Source: Dimorphilus gyrociliatus (taxonomy: Eukaryota; Animalia; Annelida). Taken from it: 64,000 bases of DNA. The position numbers were made by a program, and so were the translations under genes. The notes below the pieces were generated by a model. The model had not been told where the DNA came from. It made no database searches and saw nothing but the letters and a program-made list of their open reading frames with translations. Shown here in pieces: positions 27,156 to 39,930 of the stretch. Location of the stretch: positions 24,744 to 88,743 of the forward strand of contig CAJFCJ010000061.1 in the NCBI GenBank assembly GCA_904063045.1, written 5' to 3'. Positions within the stretch are counted from its first letter, which is position 1. Each line of letters starts with the position of its first letter.

Positions 27156-28060
27156 ATGGAAATTATAATCTTTTTACCATTTATTTTTCCAAGTTTGACC
27201 TTTTACATTTATTTCGGTTTTGGCCATTTTTTAATATTTTACTACAAAAAGTTGATTTTAAGTTTCTCGAGAAGAAAAAAGAGAAAAAAATTGCTGGTAT
27301 TAATGGAAAGATTATTTTCAACTTGTTTATACATCTGGCTATTGGTGTTGATATTTATTCTATTAATTTCTATTCTTGTATTCGAATCCGATTTGTTTTT
27401 ATTCAATGGTCAGCATTATTATTGTTCATCATTCTATAAAGCTTGCCTTTTCCTTTCACTTCATCATGTAACTTTTTACCAGTTGACGTATGGTAATACT
27501 TTTCTAAATAGGCTTTTTATTAGCTTACAAGCAATAATATCGTATGAGAATTTTGGCATTTGTCTGTTAATGAACTTGACAATTCTAACATCAAATTTTC
27601 TAGGAAACTTTTTCTGTGCCTTCATGATTACTGCTAAGAGAATTTATTACTTTTATCGAATTTTAAAAATGAAAGAGAAGAAAGAATTGATTGTTTTGTA
27701 CCTTGCTGGATTATCAAATTATTTCTCTTTGTGGGACGATATTCCTATGGAAAACATTTGTGCTTTAACTGATCAACACCTTGTCACACAAGTTCAAAGA
27801 TCTTCTAATGAAAATTTTATTACTAGGAAACAGTTCAAACCAGTTCATTTACAAACAACATTTTCCCAAACGCCTCTAAGTGTTTACAAATTTATAATAT
27901 CAGAAGAGAAATTATGTGAAGTATGTAAAATTTGTGACAAAAGATTAAATATGGATTCCTATCATTTTGTTTACAGTCATATTTATCATAAAAATTGTAT
28001 TTTTTAGTATATAAGTAAACGAAACAATCTATTTTTAGTTTGTAATTATCAACTATTATC
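27156..28060 (+). pseudogene. Multi-pass membrane protein with a decayed C-terminal RING-H2
   Basis: Several hydrophobic segments are followed by CKIC...(Y)SHIYHKNCIF*YISKRNNLFLVC, a RING-H2 spacing with two Cys lost and an internal stop. Confidence 0.45.
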
Positions 28061-28129
28061 AATTAATTGTTAACTTTAATGATATTAGTTTACTTTTATT
28101 GCATTTTTTTAAATATGATGTGAAGTGAG

Positions 28130-28340
28130 AACATTATGGATCTTGTATTCAAGAAACTCAGTTAGACAAAGACCTGATCTCACAAGCAACAATTGCAAGA
28201 GAAGAAAAATTTTCTGCCTTCAGATAATCAGTGATAATCTAGACTGGTCTAGAGTAATATTCACTGACGAGGCTAGATTCTCACTGAGTGGGCCAGACGG
28301 TTTTTGTACTTGGACCAAAGATGGCAAAAAAGACCTCACG
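28130..28340 (+). mobile_element. Tc1-like fragment (family of the 22.7-23.7 kb copy)
   Basis: NLDWSRVIFTDEARFSLSGPDG; DNA similarity to 23300-23430. Confidence 0.75.
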
Positions 28341-28759
28341 CTGATTGGACCTTGCCATTTCACAGGTATATTTCAGAACAGGATTTGAACAGGTTTGAGG
28401 CTCATCTGAAACAGATAGAAAGCTAAATATACTACAAAGGTAAAGTGAAGGTGAGGGAAAGACAATTAGTAAAAGTGAGTTTAAAAGAAACATTACAATT
28501 TGACATAAACTTTTCTGTTATAAACAAGGTAATGCCAATGTTGCAGAGTCAAGATAACCAATATTAGTATGAATATGCAATATATCTCCTTTTTGTGAAA
28601 GTGCTACATCTATTGATGTTTATGTTTTTATTGAAATGTTATTTACCTTTTAGAAAATTGGCTCAAGGTCAGACAGTTGACTCTTGATTTTTGGTTAATT
28701 TTGTAAAAAATCCATCTAAATAAAAAGTTGCAAAACATTGGATAGATAAATAGATACAT

Positions 28760-29230
28760 ACTGTACTGCTTTTCCTTGTCCAATTTATGCATTTGCAAGT
28801 TACAACAATACTGGTTCTACTCGAACATATAAACAAATGTTTAAATGTTTAAAAGAATGGTTTATTCAAAATAATAATACTTAAGCAAGTAGCAATATGA
28901 GAGTTTAATAGCAGAGTAGATAGTTTGTGAAAGCAGGTTGCCAAACTATCAAACTGTTTTCCATTGTTGAGGAGTAGATGGCTGGCTCCAGCGAAGGTTG
29001 TTTCCAGGTTATCTTCCCAGGTTCTTGGGTCCAGATAGGGATGCTTAGAATGAAAATAGTGAGGATTTATATACTTTGAGGTTTGCCTCTGATATCCAAT
29101 CATCATTTTACAGTTACCAAACTGTGTAGTTCATATTTATGTTTAGTAAGAGAATGCTACAATGTTGAACATTTAGGAAGGTTAATTGAAATATAACCTG
29201 GCCACACCTTAGGCAAGTTAATTGAATTAT
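28760..29230. repeat. R2 repeat copy
   Basis: Collinear with 24360-24830. Confidence 0.8.
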
Positions 29231-29698
29231 AACAAGTATATATCAAGTATTCCTTCTTTCTACTGTTTAGTGAGATCATTAAACCGTTTGCAACTCCTGC
29301 TGATTTTATAACCGCATCAGATTCTATAAACAATAAAAAAACTGTCAGCATTAGTTTTGTGTAGATGAAATCCTGGTCTGCCTACAAGGGGCTGTTCTTA
29401 GACAGCTAGAAACGTATATTCATCAAGACAAAGGGATAGAACAATAGTTAATAACATGCTTTTTAAATATTTCATGCAGAAAAATTGATCTTTGGCCATT
29501 TTCAATCAAGGCTTTGGCCGTTTTCTATCATATTCTTTAATTTTCATTTCATACTCCTTCCATATATCAGTGCTGTCCCTGTCTTAGTAATATCTTTTTA
29601 CAAATGTTTTCTTATTTGGAAACTTTAAAAAACTTCTAATCATATAATTGTTCATATATTTGATAAAAAGTTAGAAATTCCACTAAAAAACAGAACAA

Positions 29699-30000
29699 AT
29701 GGCTCAAAATATAGAAAATGAAAGTAAAACAAGAAAAAGGCATGGTTTCAAAATGTCAGCCAAACAATTTGTTGTTAGTGAAAAAAAACTTAAATGTTCA
29801 ATTTGCTTGGACTTCTTTGTGGAACAAAATCCAAGAAAGCTAGCCTGTAAACATACATATGATTTCGGATAGATTCCACAAAGACACAAGGAAAACTGTG
29901 AATTATGCTGTCCACAGTGCAGACAAAAAATGAAAATAAAAAGGAGGGATATAAATCAACCTCAATGTCTTTTTGAATAAAAATATGGAGGCAATGGATT
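29699..30000 (+). pseudogene. TRIM-type RING-finger pseudogene
   Basis: After a frameshift it reads LKCSICLDFFVEQNPRKLACKHTY...*...LCCPQCRQ. Confidence 0.65.
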
Positions 30001-30311
30001 TTTAAATATTTGTGAAGGACTTCGAATGTCAGCCACCCTGTAAAATTTTTAGTTTTCATATTAAGATATACTGAATAACTACTTTGAATTGGTAATAATA
30101 ATTATTAATATGTAGAAACTAATATCCTTTACAAAAAATTATCAAAAAATTGATTTTCTTTTAAAAAATCCAGTTTTAGTAATTATACCTCAAAAAAAGG
30201 GATTAGTTAAAAATGCGTCACCGTCTATTTAATCAAAAACTAGGGGGCTAAGCTGCATAAATCAAATAGGAAATTATCTTATTATAATTGTATCTTTGGT
30301 TATTCAAAAAA

Positions 30312-30930
30312 ATGGTGGTCATTGATAAAGGAATTCGTCATTTGGTTGTTGAAAAACACCAAGAAGGGCTATCGTTGAATAAAATTGCCAAAATGCTAAA
30401 AATTTGGAGGTTCAATGCCCAAAATATCTGGAAAAAGTTTCAATTGCATTGTACAATTGAAGATTTACCCAGAAGTGGCAGGCCAGTCAAATTAAGCGAG
30501 TGAGATGAGAGAATATTATGCCTTATATCTAGCAGAAATCCTTTCTGGGGAGCAAAAAAAATTTTGTCAGCATCTAAATTAGCCTCAATAATACCCCTAT
30601 CTACTTGCAAGAATGTTTTAAGGAAACATAACTTGAGAGGCAATGTTGCAGCAAAAAAACCCCTATTAAAAAAAAGGCATTTAATAAATAGGAGAAAGTT
30701 TTGCAAAAGACTCCTCTCTTGGAACACAGAGCAAATTAATTCAATTGTGTTTTCAGATGAGACAAGGATAGATTTATATCCAAAACACAGGCAATTTGTC
30801 AGAAGGCATCCAGCAGATAGATTTCAAGCAAAATATGCCATAAAAACATTTAAGGAGGCAAATGGTACCCTAAATATATGGGGTTATATAAAAAGTGATG
30901 GCAGCAGAGGTATACATTTATATATTCCTA
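30312..30930 (+). mobile_element. Tc1-like transposase, 5' two-thirds, disrupted
   Basis: HTH (IAKMLKI..EDLPRSGRP), AAKKPLL and IVFSDETRI; related to the 18.8-kb element; ends before the second D. Confidence 0.85.
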
Positions 30931-33059
30931 ACCACTTCTCAATCTAAAATCTAGTCTTAAAATTTCTCATTTGTGGACATCTTCTGTCGACCCCTTTAAT
31001 TACCACATATTTGAATAATTAATTCAAATTAAGATTTTAGATTATCTTACATTTGAGGATTTATCATCATTTACTTCAATGTTTGCTTGTCTAAAATGTT
31101 AACAATGACTATTATAGAATTATTAAAAAAGTAGATATTTCTTACTTGTCCACCATTTTAGCTCTGATGCAATTTATTCAAAGAGAGAGATTGAAAGAGA
31201 TAGTGAGAGTGTGTCCCTGTGTCTTTAAATTTCTATTTTCTTTTTCATAAAATAAGTCTGAACATGTTAGATTTTCCTTTTGGTCAAATTCTATGATTTA
31301 TTTTAGGCCTACTATTAATATTATTCACAGTTTAAACTGAACTGAATAGTTCTTGTTTCTTTGTCAATTGCAGATATTTAGAGCTTCAAGGTATTAGTGA
31401 AGCATTTCAATCACTGTTTTTAATTGAAATGTATATTGTTTCTAGATTTAGAAGTGAAACTATAAAAGTTCAAAACAATTCTATTTAACAACATTGAAAA
31501 GAAATATGCATTTGTGTGAAATACATTTGGAATGCATCCACCATATTATTCATGTCAAAAAGATGTTTATTCATATATTGCACATGATTTTGTTTGTAAA
31601 ATGCGAAATGAAGAGTATTCTCCTCTTGTGAATAATGCTTATGTGACAAAGGGGAAGGTCAGGCTCTTACTCTTTACAATTGTGTTTATGTAAACAATGA
31701 AATTAAAGAATGTTATGCAACTTTTCACAACATTGTTACTGCCTGCCCAATAAATTCAACTTGTGCAATAAGAAATAAATAAAAAATAAGTACATTTTAA
31801 CATACATATTCATATAGCAGCACCAACTTACAGATAGAATTCAACACATCCCAACCAAGAGATAGAATTATTTTCCGATCCATTCATTAGCCAAAATCAA
31901 CCTTATATCTTTGGACCAACTAAAAGAATGTTGGAAATAAGTTCAAACATACAAATAGTTTATAACTTCCTACCACTTGTAATTGCAAATATATTCCTTC
32001 CATTCTAATAACAAGCATCGATCAAATATCAAAAAGAATGAGGAATTTCACAATTCATATTGACATGCATCTCCCTTTAAATTGTTTAACAAATTTATTA
32101 AAATAGATCCAACTTCTTCAACATTTCTCTTCCATACTTTATATTTAGTTACACTTGCACAATTTCCAATCCATTCATTAGCCAAGAACAAACTATCTGG
32201 ACCAATTAATTGAATGTTGGAAATGAGACTTTACAAATTACAGTACTTATTCATATTCCCTTTCCAATCTATTCATTAACCAAAATAACCCACAACATGG
32301 ATCAACTAAATGAATGTTGGAAAAAGTCTGATAAGAACAAAAACAAAAATATAGAACATTCTTCATCACCCTAAAAGTTTAAGTTCTACTCCCCTATATA
32401 TTTCCCACTTGTATATTTTACTCTCTGGTCTCCATTTGGTAATTTCATTCTTTACTTATCATTTATTTTTGGTTTAAACTTTTTACTTTTTTCTCTATTT
32501 TCTATTTCTATTGTTCATTTTTTAATTCTTATTAGCTAGTTTTTGTACACTAACACATAAGAATCTCTATCAACAAATAAAACACTAGTACCTGGAGAGA
32601 ATTTTTTCAGGAAGATTCTCAAGCCTCTCACATTTTTGATATTAGGTATAATAGACTCTGAAAAGTCCCAGATTTCAAAATACAGAGGGGGACGAAACCA
32701 CGGTAGGTCGAGTAGGTAGGAATTTTTCTTTGGAAATTGTTTTAAACGTCGACTTTGAGCGTATTTTTTCTTTGACTACTTTCCAAAATCGATTGGGACT
32801 CTTGAAGTGTGAGAATCCTGTTTCTCTTTTTTGATTTAGTAAAAAAAACCTTTTGCAAGCCGTAACCCTAACTTAACCTAAAATACATTTTGTATACTTA
32901 TTAAATATATTTCAGAATCATAAATGATACAAAGACATTATAAATTATACCCAAGAAAAGAGTTGTCCAGGGCACGTTTTGTCCAGGGGATGTTTTGTCC
33001 AGCATTCGTTTAGGAGGGCTAATTGAATTAAGACTCTGCTAGATTCATAATGAAAGTTG

Positions 33060-33266
33060 GGATATGACAGAAAACGTCCCCAAATTCATGGTTTAACCCT
33101 AACCCTAACCTAGCCCTTGTCTCTATCTAATCTTTTAGATTACCCCTAACCCTTAGATGGAATCCACCTAACTACAAATCAAAAGCTGCTTTACTCCTCC
33201 TAGCCATTTTTTAACCCAAAATGTCGCTTTCAAAAATCTCACTTGGGGACGTTTTCTGTCGGACCC
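33060..33266. mobile_element. 207-bp A-type MITE
   Basis: Perfect 9-bp TSD TGAAAGTTG at 33051-59 and 33267-75; TIR GG....GACAGAAAACGTCCCCAA; CCCTAA-like interior. Confidence 0.95.
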
Positions 33267-33757
33267 TGAAAGTTGAACCATTCTAATAACTAATTGAAAT
33301 ATAATTTGGCTAAGTCTTATCTCATTTTTTAACAAAAACTTTTAATTCAGAAAATTTCTATTTATAAAATATTCCATTATAAGAGAATATTTTTAAGATG
33401 ATAATGTTAAATACAAAAGAGTTGAAAAGAGAGAAATTATAATAATCATACAAATCAAAACTATTGGTTAAGGGCATTTTCAAAATCTTCCATAGCTTTG
33501 TATAGATATTCTGATCTTTTTTCCCTTTATTGACTGATTATCAATGTCAATTAAAATAGATCCAATTTGTTTAAAACTTCTAAGTGAAATTTCTATTTCT
33601 TTTTCCCAATGTCACCAATAAATCCATCCACTTCTTAATAATCTATAGATGAAAGTTTAAAACTTGCATCTAGTGAATTTCTGCTAGAGTGGATGGATTT
33701 TTGTATTTGAATTTTTTTTCTTGGATGTACTAAAAATTTTATAAAAGTACGATTTCC

Positions 33758-34678
33758 TGTACTTTGTTGTATTATGATAATAAGAATTTCTGGTTCATCT
33801 CTACTGTAATTGTCCTTTCCAATCATTTGCCAACTTGCCAAAGTACTCAAACAAATAGAACCTTTAAAGATCATCCATAAATAATCTTAACAAATGTAAT
33901 TTCAGTAGAAATTAATCAACAAAACACCAGTATTTTGTCCAAAGGATATGTATTGAGTAAAGCGAAGTTCCAGTTCTAAACAAGCTAGTTTAAACATCTA
34001 GCTGACAGCTAGAAAACTGAATTATCAACCATTAATTTTGTAGGGTTTATATACTCTTTAAAGGGTTGATAGTTCACAAATTTCAATGTTTACAAAAACA
34101 ACAGTAACATTTGAAGACAAAGAAAAGTTGGAAATATGGTCATATTTATATTGTTTTCCTCTTCTAAATAATAGTTGTATTTCTCAGATTGGAGAGTTGC
34201 ATAAGATGTAACAATTTTGATACAATTCCAACAATCAACAAAACATGTGGATTGTATATTTGACCATTGTTGTATTCTACTTTAAGAATAATAATTAATT
34301 AAATCAGTTAATAAATGTAGGATGAGTATATGCAGAGGAAGCATATCTGATTAATGCATGTTATATAGAAGAGTATTGCGTATACAACACAGTTGAATAG
34401 TAAACAAAACTTAAACTGAACTTAGAAATAAAGCATATTTGATATTAAATTGAACTGCTTTTAGTCAAATTCATAAAATTAAAGAATAATAATGTTAGGT
34501 TGTATATAGCAATATTCTGTAGATCATTAAAAAGAATTTTTTGCCTCGTACTGTATATGCACTGCTGTATGTGAAACTAGGTGAATACTGCTTATCTCTA
34601 TCAATGCTATCTGCACAGTATAATACTGATTCAATACTACTTATCTATTGTAGAAAATAGCTGACGATTGTATGTGTA
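33758..34678. repeat. Repeat R1, copy 2
   Basis: Collinear with 3029-3961. Confidence 0.9.
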
Positions 34679-34819
34679 GAGAAATTCTATGAACTTGTTT
34701 TATAAATAAGAGTTTGCTAAATTTTTTTTGTGACAGTTATACTTTTTACTATTTTTGGGGATTTTAGTTCAGGTATGGCTGAACATAAAATAGAAATAAT
34801 CTTGTTCAGGGTTAGGCTA

Positions 34820-35085
34820 GGGAACAATGATTTATCAACTTTGCAAAATCTCTACTTTGTTCTTTATTTAAATCACAGTAATATAATTCCAGATGCTTTA
34901 AAGTGTTTGATGACATTTGAAGCCCTTAACAAATATTCAAAAATTCATTTCCCATGCTTTGATTCCGTGATTGGTTGATTGTTTCTACTGTGAAACAATG
35001 TTTCAGCAACTTTCCCAACTCTGTACTTTGTACTTCATTAAAATCACAGCCACATAATTTCAGATGTTTCAAAGAGTTATATTAA
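34820..35085 (-). pseudogene. Ribonuclease-inhibitor-type LRR fragment
   Basis: NSLKHLKLCGCDFNEVQSTELGKLLKHC...NIC*GLQMSSNTLKHLELYYCDL, the same repeat type as 35627, with an in-frame stop. Confidence 0.75.
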
Positions 35086-35601
35086 CATTCACTTGACATC
35101 TGTCAACATTGTAATAAATTTCATTTTAAAATTTAAGGTAAAGCCCTCAAAGCAACTCAACTTGTAGTTTTTTCAATTTTACTAGACCTACTTTTATAAA
35201 TAATACAATTTTTAACTCCATTATCGCTCATGTGTATTCTAAATATCACTTGATGCCATATCGATTTATTTATAGAAGATTTTGTAAAAAAAGGTTTTTC
35301 AAAAGTGTTGGGAGAAAACGGACCAGTTAGCTAAACTTTGGTTAAGACTATCGGCTTTTCTAGAATTAGGAATATTGGAACTTGAATATTTTTCAGTTTA
35401 GATAAGGCTGAACTGAGGCTTGGGAAGCGCAAAGCGGAAAGAATCTTGTTAACTATTGGTTAAGGATAAAGGTTATCCACTAAAACATGGACCATTTTCT
35501 CAAGTGTAAAAGACAGGAGTGTGCCTAAAGTATGGAAAGAGTCTTCACTATAAAAATTACTATATTTCTCTCCATTGCTTAGTTATACATGACTGATTAT
35601 C

Positions 35602-35613
35602 TGTCACGTGACA
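35602..35613. promoter_or_regulatory. TGTCACGTGACA palindrome just upstream of the RING-LRR ATG
   Basis: Perfect palindrome ending 13 bp before the ATG at 35627. Confidence 0.4.
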
Positions 35614-35626
35614 CATACCTTTCAAT

Positions 35627-36586
35627 ATGACTACAGACCAATTCCAATTCGAACTTGAAAAATTAGAATGTGAAATTTGTTTAGATCGCTGGTTGGATGA
35701 TCCAAAAATACTGTCTTGTCAACATACATTTTGTATAAAATGCTTTAGTAAATTACCAATTAAAAATTTTCAACTTATTTGTCCAAAATGTGGAGCAAAT
35801 TGTCCTATACCTAAAGAAAATTGGATAGACAAACCAGTAGTTAATGATTCTGTTAAGAAAAATGGATTATCTTATATATGTTATGGATTCTATCAATCTA
35901 TTAACACTTTAAAAGATGTTACATTTATTAATTGCCATTTAAATGAAGAAAACTGTTATCAGATTGGAAATATGTTGAAATATTGCTCAATATTAGAAAA
36001 AATTCATATTGGATGGAATAGAAATATGGGAAATGGAATAATTTATATTTGTAAAGGTCTTTTTTCATCATCAAATACTTTGAAAGATTTAAATTTTTAT
36101 GGTTGTAGTTTAGATGTTGAAGGATGCAAGGAAATTGGAAATCTTTTAGAAAATTGCTCTAAAATAGAACAAATTGATTTTGGATGGAATAAATCAATGA
36201 AAACTGGAATAGATTTTATTTGTAAAGGTCTTTTTCAATCAGCAAATTCATTGAAATATATGAATTTTATTAATTGCAATATAAATGAAGAACAATGCAA
36301 AAGTATAGGAAATCTACTTCAAAGTTGCTCCAGTTTCGAAACCATTAATCTATATGGAAATAGTATGATAAAAGAGGGTATATTTCATATTTGTGAAGGA
36401 TTAATTCAATCATCAAATACTCTGAAAAACATCAGTTTTTGCAATTGTAATTTTAGTGATGAAATTTGTAAAATAATTAGAGAAATGTTAGAAACATGCT
36501 CTGAATTGGAAAAATTAGATTTAAGTTTAAATCATGAAGTGGGAAATGAATTTTCTTTTGTATTTTTCAACAATTTTTTAATTTAA
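35627..36586 (+). CDS. TRIM-type RING finger fused directly to RI-like LRRs
   Basis: C3HC4 RING (CEIC...PKILSCQHTFCIKC...CPKC) followed by 56-aa-period LRRs (LKDLNFYGCSL..LEKIHIGWN); uninterrupted 319-aa ORF. Confidence 0.8.
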   Translation: MTTDQFQFELEKLECEICLDRWLDDPKILSCQHTFCIKCFSKLPIKNFQLICPKCGANCPIPKENWIDKPVVNDSVKKNGLSYICYGFYQSINTLKDVTFINCHLNEENCYQIGNMLKYCSILEKIHIGWNRNMGNGIIYICKGLFSSSNTLKDLNFYGCSLDVEGCKEIGNLLENCSKIEQIDFGWNKSMKTGIDFICKGLFQSANSLKYMNFINCNINEEQCKSIGNLLQSCSSFETINLYGNSMIKEGIFHICEGLIQSSNTLKNISFCNCNFSDEICKIIREMLETCSELEKLDLSLNHEVGNEFSFVFFNNFLI

Positions 36587-36704
36587 ATATTTAGATAAAA
36601 TGTTGAATATTGGGTTTGATTATACAATTTCTTTTGTGAGTTTTTGAAAACAGATATTGCCATGGAATATATTATCAAAAGGAAAGTAGGCAGCCATTTT
36701 GAAT

Positions 36705-36911
36705 GGGGTCGACAGAAAACGTCCACAAATGAGAAATTTTAAGACTAGATTTTAGATTGGGAAATGATTAGGAAGAAGAACACAGCAACTGATTTGTACT
36801 TAGGAGGATCTCCTCTAAGGGTTAAAGCTGATGGAAAAGGTTAGGTACAGCCAAGGGCTGGGTTGGGGTTAGGGTAAAAGCACTGATTTGTGAACCTTTT
36901 CTGTCGCATCC
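36705..36911. mobile_element. 207-bp A-type MITE
   Basis: TSD ATTTTGAAT / ATTCTGAAT (8 of 9 match). The last 15 bp are identical to the right end of MULE A. The paralogous empty site is at 39764-39772. Confidence 0.95.
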
Positions 36912-37095
36912 ATTCTGAATATGTCAGTATATCTGATATTTGACTACTATTTGCATTTCTTTTTAAGGTCAGAAGTTGTATTTTCAACCTATTTCTGTTA
37001 ATTAACTGACAAAACTGATTGCATAATCAGCTATTTCTAGAGAATAAAATAGATGGTGTATATTTGGTCTATAATTTTCACATTCTCAATTTACA

Positions 37096-37225
37096 ATGGC
37101 TGAAGAGAAACAGTTGGATATTCTTTTTGATGGTTAAAGTATCAGAAGATATGCATTAGCATCATGTAAAAAACAATTTACTAATATCTTGAAAAGTCGA
37201 TACGTTTATAATATGCTGATAACAG
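37096..37225 (+). pseudogene. 5' remnant of an NLR paralog
   Basis: MAEEKQLDILFDG*SIRRYALASCKKQF aligns with the start of the 39931 ORF; the upstream ~470 bp is also duplicated. Confidence 0.8.
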
Positions 37226-37259
37226 GAATATGAGAAGTAGTTAACATAGATAAGTTTTC

Positions 37260-37570
37260 AAATATTACAGCAACGCTTTTAAAGATTTTCAATAAGTTTA
37301 CAAGTATTTTCAACCAAATCACACCAAATTTCCTGTAGGCCGTCATCTCCCATATTTCTATTTTGTCTTAGATCAACAATTTCAGTATTGGAGTAGGTTA
37401 ATAATAGATTTTTAATAAAGAAACATTGATGATTATCGAAATGGCAAGAGTTGAAATGAATACTTTTTAAACTGTTTACAAACGATTCAACACCTTCGCA
37501 AATGTATAATATCCATTATCCATGTTGAAATTATCACCAAAGTTTAAACTTTCAATTTTAGAACATTGCA
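37260..37570 (-). pseudogene. RI-type LRR fragment
   Basis: LQCSKIESLNFGDN..(frameshift)..ICEGVESFVNSLKSIHFNSCHF..VDLRQNRNMG. Confidence 0.7.
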
Positions 37571-39086
37571 GGGCAATTGTTTATTATTTCAGCTATGATT
37601 ACAACAATGGTTCAGATAATGATGATGACAATGATAAAAGACTACTTGATTTTGTGATATCCAACTATTTCTGTTTCTATGGATAGTATTATTATTGTAG
37701 ATTGTTGTCATTATCAGAAGGGAGCGATAATTGGCAAAAAACGGGGTTTAACTATATTAAAAGAAATATAAAAGATTTGGCAGTGTCTTTAGTCAATAAA
37801 CCAAATGGTTACCTGCAAAGTAGGTTGAGTAATGATCAAATATGATAATAGTCTATGGCGATATTTAATGATTATTTACTGCTGGAAGCTATACTGCAAA
37901 TGGTAATTCGTATTTTATGCAAAAGATCTTCAACTAAAAAACTAGACAATCTTTAAAAGTATGCTATAAAGTGAAGGGATAAGCTGGACATTCTGTTTCT
38001 ATTCTTCAAGATATTGTAACAAATACAACAACTACTGGAATATTTCTCAACAATTTCTGCATCCATACTATAAACATTGAACAGAAAAGGAAGTATTATT
38101 CATTTTTTAGTAATAAAAACTGGAGTTATGTATGGAAGAATGGATTAGGATTTAATGAAGAATTCTTGACGATAAGAGTAAAGGATGATGAATTATTTGT
38201 TCATACTTTTCTTGATAATCAACAATTGCGAATGGTTGTGAAAAAATGATTCAATGCAAACACTTGATGAATCAAGGCCATATCATTTAAATGATTAGGC
38301 AGTCAGTATAAAAGATATAGTGGAATAATTGGTGATATTGGAAAACAAGAATTCCTGTTGCTAAACCAGTTGGAAAATGTTTTAAAAATTCATTTACAAA
38401 TTGATAATCATATAATTATTGAACAAATAGGAGAAATCTTCAATAAATCATGTCTCTTGGTCTCTTTCAAAGATCTAACAGTCCCGAAATCTCTTCACTA
38501 TAATGTGCACAAGGAGAAATTGAAGAGTATATCATTTCTTCCCAAAGAAGGGAGGCCATTTATATTAGATGATACTAATCAGAATACAGTTGTTTCTACT
38601 GGTAATCACTGAATAAAATGGACTAGAAAATCATTATCATAGTCAAAGAATAATAGTTCAAAGAGTTTCATTACAAATGACATCAAAATATTACTCTACA
38701 TAACATGCATTAATCAGATATACTTTCTCCTAATACACAGTACTAGGAAGTTCAAAAATGCATCAAATGCATATCTACCATTCCAAAAAACTCCTAGAAT
38801 AATAAAATTGCCGCCTAATCCTTACCTTTTTTTACAGTTGGCTGACAAAAAATGTCACAGTAGTTGGTTAAGGTTTAATATAAGACATATGGGACATTTC
38901 TAGGGTTTGGGAAAATTTCAAAGCAGTTTCAGCAAAATCAATTAAATATTTTTTGGCAAAACGATTCAAAATGTATAGAAAATATAGTCAGGTGAGTAAT
39001 CATCAAGGTTGAGCTGATTATCTACAGATGTGCATATACTCTGAGCCAACTTTAAAAAACTCCCAAAAGCATTACGCATCAACTTG

Positions 39087-39300
39087 AGGGGCTGTTGAAA
39101 ATGCCCATTTTAGAGTTGATTTGGAGTGAGCTATTGGGTTGGGAATGGGTTAGGTAAAATATTTAACCAATTGATTTCTAATCCAGTGGGTCCAAACTAA
39201 GGTTTAGGAACAATCAAGCACTTAAAACATGGGTCCAGGGCTGATATGAATTAGGGTAAAAACCTTAAACTCTAATCTTCAACCCTAATCCTAAACAAAA
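39087..39300. mobile_element. C-type MITE, right end eroded
   Basis: Left end GGGGCTGTTGAAAATGCCCA; interior homologous to 20047-20170. Confidence 0.65.
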
Positions 39301-39930
39301 CTTAAATTTTTGGAGTGATGTTTTTGTGTTACTGTATTTCATTAAAACTAATGCATAAACACAAAACATAAACATATATATATATATATATTAGTATATA
39401 AGAACTTTGTTATACGCATTCAGCTTATTAATACCTAATAGAGTAGTTGTTGAAAGGCATCTCTTGCCAACAATGCTCTTTCTCTTTCTTCTAATAATTC
39501 CGGAAAATGCTTGATTAGCCAAAATCAAAAGATGAAATGATATTTAAAGTTTGTGCCATCTGTTACTTTTTTCTCCATTTGAGAAAAAGAGCAATTTTTT
39601 AAACCCTAGGCAACAAGTAGTTTATTATTTCATTTTCACTACTAATATAGTTGTGAAAAATCATTATTGAATTGGAACACCTGTTTTATTATTCAATTTC
39701 TTTTGTCAACTTTTCAATAGAATAGTTGCTATGAAATATGTTACAAAAAGAAAGTAGGCAGCCATTTTGAATAGTTTAGTATTTCTGATATTTGAATATT
39801 ATTTGTGTTTCTTCTTAATGTTTACCAGTTGTAATTTATAAGTTATTTCTGTTAATTGAGTTTTATTGCATTTCAAGAATAAAAGAAGTGGTGTGTATTT
39901 GGCCTATGATTTTTACATTTCTAATTTACT

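Noticed and set aside
31500-31780. Cys-rich frameshifted segment resembling an SRCR C-terminal half
   Set aside because: There is no clear start, splice context or diagnostic motif.
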